Source: an uncultured Myxococcales bacterium (GTDB lineage: Bacteria; Myxococcota; Kuafuiibacteriia; Kuafuiibacteriales; Kuafuiibacteriaceae). From it: a stretch of 64,000 bases of DNA. The notes beneath the pieces were generated by a model, which did not search any database, had not been told where the DNA came from, and worked only from the letters and a program-made list of their open reading frames with translations. Location: assembly GCA_964519665.1 (NCBI GenBank), contig CAZFIV010000012.1, positions 44,814 through 108,813 on the forward strand. Reading direction: 5' to 3'. The translations under genes were made by a program, and so were the position numbers. Below are positions 39,037 to 48,047 of this stretch, piece after piece (the stretch's first letter is position 1; each line of letters begins with the position of its first letter).

Positions 39037-40308
39037 ATGCGGCCGGAGCGAGCGAGGGTGACGGACAACGACGAGAAGGTCTCGGCCGCTTGGTCATCGG
39101 TCATTGGGCCGACTGGCGACACCTCGAACGCGCGCGCGAAATCGCGGCCCGCCGAATCCGCTTCGGCGCACCTCGACGGCGCGCCGTCGAGGTTGGCCTC
39201 GCAGAAGCCCATCGACGCCAACCTCGATTCGCTGGACGCGCCCACGGTGTTCGATCCCGAGCAGGACGCTACGGTGGGTATGGTCGCCACCGTACAGACA
39301 GAAGCCGGTCCCCGGATGCGTGGCGCGTCGGCGGGATTCAAACCCCAGGTGCGAGGGCGACGGATCGTCGAGCATCGACGGCCGACATCCCACATCTCCG
39401 CCCAGCGAAACGCCCCTGCGGCGACCGCGTTCCGCGACCGTTCACAGGGCGCCAACCGCCCGTCGTCGCCGGGCGGCTACAATACGTTGTCCATCTCGAC
39501 GAACGCTTCGGCTCACCTCCCCGGCGAGCCGTCGAGCTTGTCCTCGGAGAATTCCGTCGGCCCAGCACATCCTGGCCCGCCTCGGCCAGCGCACGCAGGT
39601 CCGGATGAGGTCCTCGTCGGCGAAGGCCCCACTGAGATCCATCCGGTTCAGTCCTCGACGGCCGCAAGAGCGCCTCATCGCGATGCCACCCACATCGACA
39701 TCGCGTCGGCCCTCGGTGTGGGCCCACTGCCCCCGCCCGCGCCGCGAGCCCCGGTCGAGCCCCCGACCAGCACGCCCCACGCTCCGTTGTTACGGTCGGC
39801 CCCGCTGCCGAAAGTGCTCGGTGAACTGAAGGCCCGCGCGGCCGAGCGACCACCACCGGCGTCCGACCCTGCGCTCGATGCGGGCGAGCTGCAGCGGGTG
39901 GTGGCGACAACCGAATCCGTCTCCCGACTGATTCCGGTCGTGCTGCTGCTGTTTTTGGTCATTGCCACGGGCATCGTCGCTGCACTGCTCCTGAACTCGG
40001 GCCCTCCGGGAGCGCAGGAACACGTCGAGCTGCGGTTCGTGACCAAGACCGGAGAACCGGTGCGGGCGAGCGCGACCACCGATTCCACTCGCATCTCGTT
40101 GACCACGGATCCTCCAGGCCTTTTGGTGCTTCACGAGCGCGATGTTCTCGGCAAGACGCCGTTGATCCTGGATTTACCCGTTCGGCTGGAGAACCCGGCC
40201 GCGATCGAACTGAATAGCCCGTACTTCGAGCGATGGGCGACGACCGTCTCAGCCGACCCTTCAGGGTCCTATCGCGTCCAAGCGAGATTGGTCCGACGCC
40301 GCCGGTAA
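39037..40308 (+). CDS. Pro/Ala-rich single-TM protein with PEGA-like C-terminal domain
   Basis: Low-complexity N-terminus, TM LIPVVLLLFLVIATGIVAALLL, and LTTDPPGL...LGKTP. The start is 39037 or GTG 39058. Confidence 0.65.
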   Translation: MRPERARVTDNDEKVSAAWSSVIGPTGDTSNARAKSRPAESASAHLDGAPSRLASQKPIDANLDSLDAPTVFDPEQDATVGMVATVQTEAGPRMRGASAGFKPQVRGRRIVEHRRPTSHISAQRNAPAATAFRDRSQGANRPSSPGGYNTLSISTNASAHLPGEPSSLSSENSVGPAHPGPPRPAHAGPDEVLVGEGPTEIHPVQSSTAARAPHRDATHIDIASALGVGPLPPPAPRAPVEPPTSTPHAPLLRSAPLPKVLGELKARAAERPPPASDPALDAGELQRVVATTESVSRLIPVVLLLFLVIATGIVAALLLNSGPPGAQEHVELRFVTKTGEPVRASATTDSTRISLTTDPPGLLVLHERDVLGKTPLILDLPVRLENPAAIELNSPYFERWATTVSADPSGSYRVQARLVRRRR

Positions 40309-40800
40309 ACCTTTGGCCTCTCGGTCCGCCCGGTTTTCAGCCCGACCGTCACGCCCCCGGGGACCGTACCGCGCCGCATCGTGGTCTGCGAAAACCCTTT
40401 TCGTGGCCGCCCCTTCGTGTCCGCTCGCGGAGTGGACCAGGATCACCCCGAAGCCGTCAGCGAGCGCATGGATGAGCCATGCGACTTCGGCATCGTCGAT
40501 ACCCAACCGAATCAAGCCCGAGACCAAGCTTCCGCTCACACCGAAGCTCCGAGCCGGGCCCACGGCTCTGATCCGAAGACCGCCCGTAAAGCCTCCTTGC
40601 ATCAGCGACAAGCGCCCCAAGACTTTGCGGACTTCCGTGTTAGGGGTCTCCATGAGCGGCGAATCCTCGGCGATGAGGATCGACACATCGCCGGTCGACA
40701 AACCGGCCTCCAATAACCCGAGGTAGGCTGCCGACAGTCGGCTGGCCTCGGTAAATGCTGCGCACACTACGTTTCGGTCTTCCTCTGCCCACATAGCCAT
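40261..40800 (-). CDS. hypothetical protein (general-stress/YflT-like fold suspected)
   Basis: AAF...AAYLGLLEAGLSTGDVSIL and GLIRLGIDDAE...GVILVH resemble this fold; GGGATG context. Confidence 0.55.
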   Translation of the reverse strand: MAMWAEEDRNVVCAAFTEASRLSAAYLGLLEAGLSTGDVSILIAEDSPLMETPNTEVRKVLGRLSLMQGGFTGGLRIRAVGPARSFGVSGSLVSGLIRLGIDDAEVAWLIHALADGFGVILVHSASGHEGAATKRVFADHDAARYGPRGRDGRAENRADREAKGLPAASDQSRLDAIGP

Positions 40801-40986
40801 CCCACGTTTTCTCGGCTCCAGAGCTGTGCAAGATGGGCGCCGGAAATGCTGGCTTCATCGGGCTCGCCGCACCGCGGCGAGCCGGTGACCTCGATGAAGA
40901 CGCCGGTCACGACCGGGTAACCATCCGACCCATGGGCGACGGCCGCAGCCCGAGGTACAACTCTGAAGGCTCGAAGCCGTCTCGCC

Positions 40987-43900
40987 ATGCGAAACTTACA
41001 GAAGATCTTCGGTCTATGTTTATGCGTCGGTTGCTCGGGGGGCCCGGTTGCGGACCGGGTCGCGTCGACTCCCGCCGCGGCCGCGCCATCCGACCGGAAC
41101 CGTCAAATCCCGATCTCGACGGCCCAGGATGGGCTCGAGTTCACGTTAAGCGAGGGTGACTCGCGAACGCCGCGACCCGACCGGACGCCGGAGGCGACGA
41201 CGCGAGAACTCTCATCGCGGGAAGCCGACCGGCTGCTGGGCCGCCTCTCTGCCTTGCCCGAGCCCCGACCGGAGACCTTCCAGCTTCCGGTCCAGAGTCG
41301 CCGACGCCCGGCGGCCCAAACCGTCGAGCGATCCTTTCCTCCCGAGAAAGACCGAACGCGCCCCGCGGTCCTGGATTCCGAAGGCCCGTTGAGGATCGTC
41401 CGCCGGGCCCCTGAAGGTTCGGTGACCGCCGCCGCCCGGATCACCGTGACCTTCGACGAGCCGATCGGCGAGATCGGCGCGGACCCTACGATTGCCGACG
41501 ATGACCCGCCGTTTCGGTTGACGCCCCCGACGGACGGGCGCTGGCGGTGGTTGAGTCCAAAGACTTTAGTCTTCGAAACCGAGTCAGGCCGCCTGCCGAT
41601 GGCCACGTCGTTCAAAGTCACCGCGCGCCCAAGTTGGCGATCTCCGACCGGCCGCCGCTTCGACGAGCGTTTCTCGTGGTCGTTCGAGACCCCGGCCCCC
41701 CGCGTCGTGGGTTGGCATCCGAGCGGCAACCAAGTCCGACCGCAGGTCATCCAGTCGCTCGATTTCGACCAGGCCGTCGACCCCGACGAAATCCGGCGCT
41801 TCCTGGTTGTCAAGGCCGGCGACCGCTCATTCCCGATCCGCGCCCCCACCGACCGAGAGCTCACCCGCGTCCAATCCGAAGACGGCGGACGCCCTGAGCC
41901 ACCGGGGCGCACTCGGGTGCCCTTCATCACCACGGAGCCCCTCCCCCTGGACACTCCGGTGACCGTCGCGTTGACGGCCGGCTGGCGGGGACGAGAGGGC
42001 CCCAGGAGGGCGGTCGGTGTCGTCCGTCATAAATTTTCGACTTATCCGCCGCTGGCTCTGCGCGATTCGCGCTGCGGGTGGAGGATGAATTGTCCTCCGT
42101 TTTCTTCCCCGTTCTATCTCGAGTTCAATAACCGCTTGGATCCGGAAGTCTTCGATCCGTCGAGCATTCGAGTCGAGCCCGCCATCCCAGACCTCGAGGT
42201 CGAGCTCAACGAAAACGTGATCTCCCTTCGAGGGATCACGCAAGGACGAACGACCTACAAGGTGACCGCCGCGGGCTCGGTGACCGACGTCTTTGGCCAA
42301 AAGCTGGGTGCCGACGAGACCGTCGAGTTCGCCGTCGGCGCCGCTGACCCTCACCTGGTCAGCATGGGCCAGCCGATGCGAATTCAGGATCCCGCGGCGC
42401 CCAACGCCTTCGAGGTCTCCAGCGTCAACTACCGGCGGCTCGAAGTCCGGGCGTGGCGAATGAAACCCAAGGACTGGGCGAAGTTCCTTCGCGGCAACCC
42501 GCGCGACCGCGACAACCGCCTGCGCCGGGTTCTCGGTCGCCCGCAGCTTTCGCGCACGGTTCGCGTGAAAGGTGAACCGGACCAACTGAATTCGACCGCC
42601 TTCGACTTGAGCCGAGTCTTCGGCGACCGACCCGGTCATGCGGTTATCGAGATCATTCCGCCGCGAACCGATCTGACCGGCTGGCGGCGCGAAAACCCGC
42701 CCGTCGTTCAGCAGTGGCTGCAGAAGACCGAGCTCGCGGTGCAGGTGCGCGTGGACGCGACCCGCCTGCTGGCGTGGGTGAGCGCGCTCACGAACGGCGC
42801 CCCGGTGTCGGGGGCCACCGTCGAGCTCTATCCCCTCGGTTTGACCGCGACCACCGACCCCGGCGGCTTGGCGAGCTTCGATCTGCCCGACGACGCGAAA
42901 GGCAACGGCGCCATGGTCATCGCCCGCCAAGGCAGCGACTCGGTCTTCGTGCCCGAGTCTCTTTGGCGGCGGTCCCACACCAGCTGGTCGAGAACGAAGT
43001 CGTCGGAGCTCTTGCGGGCGTTCGTCTTCGACGACCGCCACATCTACCGACCTGGGGAAGACGTCAAGATCAAGGGATGGTTGCGTATCGAGACCCCCGG
43101 ACCGAAAGGTGACTTGCAACCCCTCGATGGCCGCATCAAGACCTTGCAGGCGACATTCTTCGACGGATGGAACACCAAATTCGCGGAGACCACCGTCACG
43201 CCCAATCGATGGGGAGGCTTCGACCTGGCGTTCAGGATTCCCGACGATGCCAGCCTCGGACCAGCCCGCGTTCAATTCACGGCGAAACCTCAAACGGAGG
43301 CGGTCAGAGGCCTTTTCTTCCAGCACCGATACGAGATCCAGACCTTCCGCCGGCCTGAATTCGAAGTGCGCGTCGATGCGGACGCGCCCCCTTATCTCGT
43401 CGGTGAGTTCACCACCTTCGAAACCGAGGCTCGGTACTACGCCGGGGGCCCGTTGCCCGATGCCTCGGTGGACTGGCAGGTCTCGTCCGTACCCTCGGAG
43501 TACCAGCCCCCCGGATTCGACGACTATGCCTTCGGGCGCTGGCGACCCTGGTGGCTCTCGCTCGGCCCCCTGTTCGAGGTGGGCGAATCGAGCACCGCCC
43601 ACCGCAAAGAGTTCACCTCGCGGACGAACAGCGCGGGCCGAAGCCGCTTGCGAGTCGATCTGACCGGCATCGAGCCGCCCGAACCCACCACCGTCCGGGT
43701 GAGCGCCGCCGTCACCGACCGCAACCGGCAGACTTGGTCCGGCGACACATCCGTGTTGGTGCACCCCGCGAACCTCTATGTCGGCCTCAAGGCCGACCAA
43801 GGCTTTACCGACCTGGGCCAGCCCACGGCGGTCCCGGGGGTCGTCGTCGACATCGACGGCCGGCCGGCCCCCGGACACACGGTGACCGCCACCCTGGCTC

Positions 43901-46900
43901 GCCTCGCTTGGGAGCGAGACGGCAAGCGATGGTCGGAGGTCGAAAGAGATCCTCTTTCGTGCCGTGCGACCACCGATCCGGAGGGCCGGTTCAACTGCGA
44001 ATTCAAGCCCACCAAGGGCGGACGATATCGCCTGAGCGCGGAGATCCGAGATGAGCGGAACCGGCGAAACCGCACCACCCGCACGTTGTGGATCTCCGGA
44101 AGGTCAACGAACCCCGACCGCTCGGTCAATGCCGAACGGGTCCGGTTGGTGCCCGACCGCGCTCGCTACGAGCCGGGCGAGACCGCTCGTATCTTGATTC
44201 AGGCCCCGTTCGCCGACGCGCAAGGCCTCTTGACGGTAGAACGGGAAGGCATCGCCAGCACGACGAGGTTCGCGATCGATGGCGCCAGTCATGTCGTGGA
44301 GGTCCCGATCGCCGACAACTACTTGCCTCGGGTCCGCGTCGCGGTCGAGCTCGTCGGCCGTACTTCGCGCGACGATGCGCCCGAACGAATGCGTCCGGCC
44401 TTCGCCCACGGCGAGATCGACCTCGCCGTGAGCGAACGCCATCGCCGCCTGTTCGTCGAGGCTCGACCGGTGCAGCGACTCTTGGAGCCGGGCGCTCCGG
44501 CGGCGGTCGACGTCCGGGTGACCGACGCCGACGGGCAACCGGTCAGTGACGCCGAGGTCGCCATCGTCGTGGTCGACGAGGCGATCTTGGCCCTGACCGG
44601 CAGGAGCTCGCCGAACGCGATCGCGGCGATGTATCCGCCGCGTTCGGCCGGGGTCCGCATCATACGGACCCGAGACCGGCTGCAGCTCGGGAGTGCCAAA
44701 CTGTTGGCCGAAACATTGGGCTCCTATCGAAATGGGCGAGCCGCCGGTTTCACGTCCGGCGCGGTCGAAAATGGCGACATGATGGTGCAAGTCACCGGAA
44801 GCCGGATACGACGCCGCGCAGTCCTGCTGGATGGAGAACGAAAGACGTCCCGCGCCGATGAAGCGATCGTCGTTCGAAAAAACTTTTCGGCCCTCGCCAA
44901 CTTCAGTCCGGCCGAGATAACCGGCGCCGATGGCACCGCGAAAGTCACGTTTACGCTTCCCGACAGCGTGACCCGGTATCGGATCATCGCCGTCGCCGCG
45001 GACGCGCAGCGCCGATTCGGCAGCGGCGAGTCTTCACTCACCGCACGCAAAACGCTGGTCGTTCGTCCCTCCGCACCGCGGTTCCTCAATTACGGAGACC
45101 GGGCCGAGGTCCCGGTCATCGTTCAGAACGCCGGGGACATCCCCCTCGAGGTGAGTCTGGCCTTGAGAGCCCGCAACGCCCGCCTAGCCGGCGACCGCGG
45201 CCTCCGCTTCACGGTGCCGGGCGGCGACCGCCGCGAGGTCCGATTCCCCATCGAGACCGAGCGCGCCGGCCAGGCGTCCTTTCAGGTCGCGGCCAGCGCC
45301 GGCGAGCTGACCGACGCGGCGCAATTCACCTTGCCGGTGTACAGCCCGGCGACGACCGAGGCCTTCGCGGCCTACGGGACGACGAGCGAAGAGGCCGTCG
45401 TCCAGCCGTTACGGCGCCCCAGAGACGTCGTGCCGACCTTCGGGGGGCTCGAGATCTCCACCGCCTCGACCCAGTTGCAGTCGCTGACCGACGCCTACCT
45501 GTATCTTCGTCAGTACCCCTTCGAGTGTTCCGAGCAGATCGCCTCCCGGGTCCTCTCCACGGTGGCCCTCAAGGACGTGTTGGCCGCGTTCGACGCCAAA
45601 GACCTGCCCAGCCCGGAGGCGACCATCGCGGCCACCCAGCAGGACATCGAGCGGCTGGTCGAGATGCAGCGATGGGACGGCGGTTGGGGCTTCTGGACGG
45701 AAGAATCACCCGGCTGGCCGTTCCTGACCACTCACGTGATGCACGCGCTCGTCCGGGCCCGCGCCAAGGGGCTACAGGTGCCCAGCGAGCCCCTACGGGA
45801 CGGCCATCGGTACCTCCGCCGGATCGAACGCCACATTCCCCGGGACTATCCGGAGCCCGTGAAGATCAGCCTGCAAGCGTACGCCTTGTACGTCCGGTCG
45901 CTGATGGGCGACCTCGACGAACCCCGCGCGTTGAAGCTCATTCGGCAGTCGGGGGGGATCGACCGAATGCCCCTTGAGACGCTCGGCTGGCTCTACCCCG
46001 TGCTGATCGACGGCCAGAGCACCCAGTCCCCGCTCGCCCAGCTGCGCCGCCGCTTGAACAATGACGCCACCGAGACGGCGGGCGAGGCGCATTTCGTGAC
46101 CCGGTACGAAGACGGCGCGCACCTGCTGTTGCACTCGAACCGCCGCATCGACGCTCTGTTGCTGGACGGCTTGCTGCAGGACCGTCCGCAGGATCCGATG
46201 GTGCCCAAGCTCGTCAAGGGCCTGCTCGCGCACCGAACCCAGGGCCGCTGGAGCAGCACGCAGGAAAACACTTGGGTCTTGCTCGCGCTCGAGCGGTACT
46301 TCCGGGTCTACGAGAAAGTCACGCCCGACTTCGTGGCCCGCATCTGGTTGGGCGATCGATTCGCGGGCGAACAGGCCTACGAAGGGCGCAGCGCCGAGCA
46401 GCACCGGTGGTTCGTTCCGATGGCCCAGCTCGGTGACGCACGGGACATCGTCCTCGCCAAGACCGGCGACGGACGGCTGTATTATCGCCTCGGCCTTCGA
46501 TACGCGCCGTCGAGTCTGTCGCTGCCCGCCCTGGACCGCGGATTCGTGGTGACCCGACGGTACGAAGCGGTCGACGATGAAGGTGACGTCACTCGGGACG
46601 CCGACGGGACCTGGCGAGTACGCGCCGGCGCCGTGGTGCGAGTACGACTCGAGATGGTCGCGCCGAGCACGCGTTACCACGTCGCGTTGGTCGACGCTCT
46701 TCCGGCCGGCCTCGAGCCGCTCAACCCCGCCCTCGCAGTGACCCCCGACGTCGATGACGAGCCGGAGCTGCCCTCGTCGCCGTGGTGGTGGCAGCGACCG
46801 TGGTTCGAGCACCAAAACCTCCGGGATGAACGGGTCGAAGCCTTCGCTCCCCGGATCGGCGCGGGAGTCTATTCATACGACTACATGGCCCGGGCCACGA

Positions 46901-47004
46901 CTCCCGGACACTACGTCGTCCCTCCCGCCAAGGCCGAGCAAATGTACGCCCCCGAAACGTTCGGTCGCTCCGGGACCAACCGTCTGATCGTCTCCGCACC
47001 CTGA
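40987..47004 (+). CDS. bacterial alpha-2-macroglobulin
   Basis: 2005 aa with Ig-like N-terminus, DDRHIYRPGE, LPDSVTRYRI, thioester motif YPFECSEQ, STQEN and PPAKAEQMYAPE. Confidence 0.95.
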   Translation: MRNLQKIFGLCLCVGCSGGPVADRVASTPAAAAPSDRNRQIPISTAQDGLEFTLSEGDSRTPRPDRTPEATTRELSSREADRLLGRLSALPEPRPETFQLPVQSRRRPAAQTVERSFPPEKDRTRPAVLDSEGPLRIVRRAPEGSVTAAARITVTFDEPIGEIGADPTIADDDPPFRLTPPTDGRWRWLSPKTLVFETESGRLPMATSFKVTARPSWRSPTGRRFDERFSWSFETPAPRVVGWHPSGNQVRPQVIQSLDFDQAVDPDEIRRFLVVKAGDRSFPIRAPTDRELTRVQSEDGGRPEPPGRTRVPFITTEPLPLDTPVTVALTAGWRGREGPRRAVGVVRHKFSTYPPLALRDSRCGWRMNCPPFSSPFYLEFNNRLDPEVFDPSSIRVEPAIPDLEVELNENVISLRGITQGRTTYKVTAAGSVTDVFGQKLGADETVEFAVGAADPHLVSMGQPMRIQDPAAPNAFEVSSVNYRRLEVRAWRMKPKDWAKFLRGNPRDRDNRLRRVLGRPQLSRTVRVKGEPDQLNSTAFDLSRVFGDRPGHAVIEIIPPRTDLTGWRRENPPVVQQWLQKTELAVQVRVDATRLLAWVSALTNGAPVSGATVELYPLGLTATTDPGGLASFDLPDDAKGNGAMVIARQGSDSVFVPESLWRRSHTSWSRTKSSELLRAFVFDDRHIYRPGEDVKIKGWLRIETPGPKGDLQPLDGRIKTLQATFFDGWNTKFAETTVTPNRWGGFDLAFRIPDDASLGPARVQFTAKPQTEAVRGLFFQHRYEIQTFRRPEFEVRVDADAPPYLVGEFTTFETEARYYAGGPLPDASVDWQVSSVPSEYQPPGFDDYAFGRWRPWWLSLGPLFEVGESSTAHRKEFTSRTNSAGRSRLRVDLTGIEPPEPTTVRVSAAVTDRNRQTWSGDTSVLVHPANLYVGLKADQGFTDLGQPTAVPGVVVDIDGRPAPGHTVTATLARLAWERDGKRWSEVERDPLSCRATTDPEGRFNCEFKPTKGGRYRLSAEIRDERNRRNRTTRTLWISGRSTNPDRSVNAERVRLVPDRARYEPGETARILIQAPFADAQGLLTVEREGIASTTRFAIDGASHVVEVPIADNYLPRVRVAVELVGRTSRDDAPERMRPAFAHGEIDLAVSERHRRLFVEARPVQRLLEPGAPAAVDVRVTDADGQPVSDAEVAIVVVDEAILALTGRSSPNAIAAMYPPRSAGVRIIRTRDRLQLGSAKLLAETLGSYRNGRAAGFTSGAVENGDMMVQVTGSRIRRRAVLLDGERKTSRADEAIVVRKNFSALANFSPAEITGADGTAKVTFTLPDSVTRYRIIAVAADAQRRFGSGESSLTARKTLVVRPSAPRFLNYGDRAEVPVIVQNAGDIPLEVSLALRARNARLAGDRGLRFTVPGGDRREVRFPIETERAGQASFQVAASAGELTDAAQFTLPVYSPATTEAFAAYGTTSEEAVVQPLRRPRDVVPTFGGLEISTASTQLQSLTDAYLYLRQYPFECSEQIASRVLSTVALKDVLAAFDAKDLPSPEATIAATQQDIERLVEMQRWDGGWGFWTEESPGWPFLTTHVMHALVRARAKGLQVPSEPLRDGHRYLRRIERHIPRDYPEPVKISLQAYALYVRSLMGDLDEPRALKLIRQSGGIDRMPLETLGWLYPVLIDGQSTQSPLAQLRRRLNNDATETAGEAHFVTRYEDGAHLLLHSNRRIDALLLDGLLQDRPQDPMVPKLVKGLLAHRTQGRWSSTQENTWVLLALERYFRVYEKVTPDFVARIWLGDRFAGEQAYEGRSAEQHRWFVPMAQLGDARDIVLAKTGDGRLYYRLGLRYAPSSLSLPALDRGFVVTRRYEAVDDEGDVTRDADGTWRVRAGAVVRVRLEMVAPSTRYHVALVDALPAGLEPLNPALAVTPDVDDEPELPSSPWWWQRPWFEHQNLRDERVEAFAPRIGAGVYSYDYMARATTPGHYVVPPAKAEQMYAPETFGRSGTNRLIVSAP

Positions 47005-47030
47005 CGAGTGCTGACGAAGTCAGCGCTCGG

Positions 47031-48044
47031 CTACGAGAGCCGACTTTCAACGACGGAGTCGATCGTCCGCAGGCCTTCTTCCGTGGCCGAGCAGCGAACC
47101 GCCCATCGGCGAGCCCGGGCAGCGGCGGCGGGCGGCGCGCGGTCGGCATAATCCGTGTAGAACCGGCGGGCGGTGACAAACCGGGCTCGAAGGCGACCGA
47201 TCAAGGGCCCGAGCGCTCCGTAGGTGGCGCCGCTCTTGAACGTGTTTACGAGAACCGTCCTCCGGGCGCCGAACCCGCCCGGCAGGCGATCTTCTCGGCC
47301 CACCGACCGTACTGCTTGCCGGCTCAAAAAAGCGCCCCCTCGGATGGGGGTCAGCAGGAGATCGGCGATGTCGCCGAGGCCGGTTTCGTCGGCCGCGAGC
47401 AAGGTCGCCCACGCCGATGAAGCGACCGGTTCAGCCTCGGCGAGGAGATTCGCAGCCTCGTCCGAAGACGGAAGATCACTTCGATGATGGTGCAAGAGCT
47501 CGGTGACCCGCTCCGCCCACATGCGGTAGAACGGAAAGTCACCGTTGTGCAGCGCTTCCGCCAACGCTGGCCACCACCAAAGAAGGTGGGCGTCGAGCAA
47601 CTCGATTTGCATCTGCTCGATGGCTGCGACCACCTCCGTTCGGGCGTCGACCCGGGCGTCGGCCTCCGCTCCGCACAGAAACGCCATCGCCTCCAGCAGC
47701 CAGCTGACATGGTCGGGCGTCGGTCCGGTCGGGTCGACGCGAAAGCCGATCCTCGAGAAGAATGCGGCAACGCGGTCGGTTTCCGGACCTCCCGGCATCG
47801 CGTCGTCCCCCAGAAAGACCCCCTGAAACGGAAAGATCTCGTGCACCAAAGCCTGGTAGTGCGCGGCCGAAGCACGGTCGAAGTCGACCGGACCGCCCGA
47901 CGTCGGGCGCCACCGGTCGATCTCGGACGCGAGCTCCGGCACCGCGTCAGCCAGCGGCATCAAGTCGGGCGTCCACCCTTGCCTCGCGATGGCAGCAAAC
48001 AACCCGTAAGCGCGACTTCGCGCCTCCGCCAGATGAGCTGACAT
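47031..48044 (-). CDS. TorD/DmsD-family molybdoenzyme maturation chaperone
   Basis: FPFQGVF, PDHVSWLLEAMAFL and LDAHLLWW; last gene of the Mo-enzyme operon. Confidence 0.85.
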   Translation of the reverse strand: MSAHLAEARSRAYGLFAAIARQGWTPDLMPLADAVPELASEIDRWRPTSGGPVDFDRASAAHYQALVHEIFPFQGVFLGDDAMPGGPETDRVAAFFSRIGFRVDPTGPTPDHVSWLLEAMAFLCGAEADARVDARTEVVAAIEQMQIELLDAHLLWWWPALAEALHNGDFPFYRMWAERVTELLHHHRSDLPSSDEAANLLAEAEPVASSAWATLLAADETGLGDIADLLLTPIRGGAFLSRQAVRSVGREDRLPGGFGARRTVLVNTFKSGATYGALGPLIGRLRARFVTARRFYTDYADRAPPAAAARARRWAVRCSATEEGLRTIDSVVESRLS

Positions 48045-48047
48045 GCA

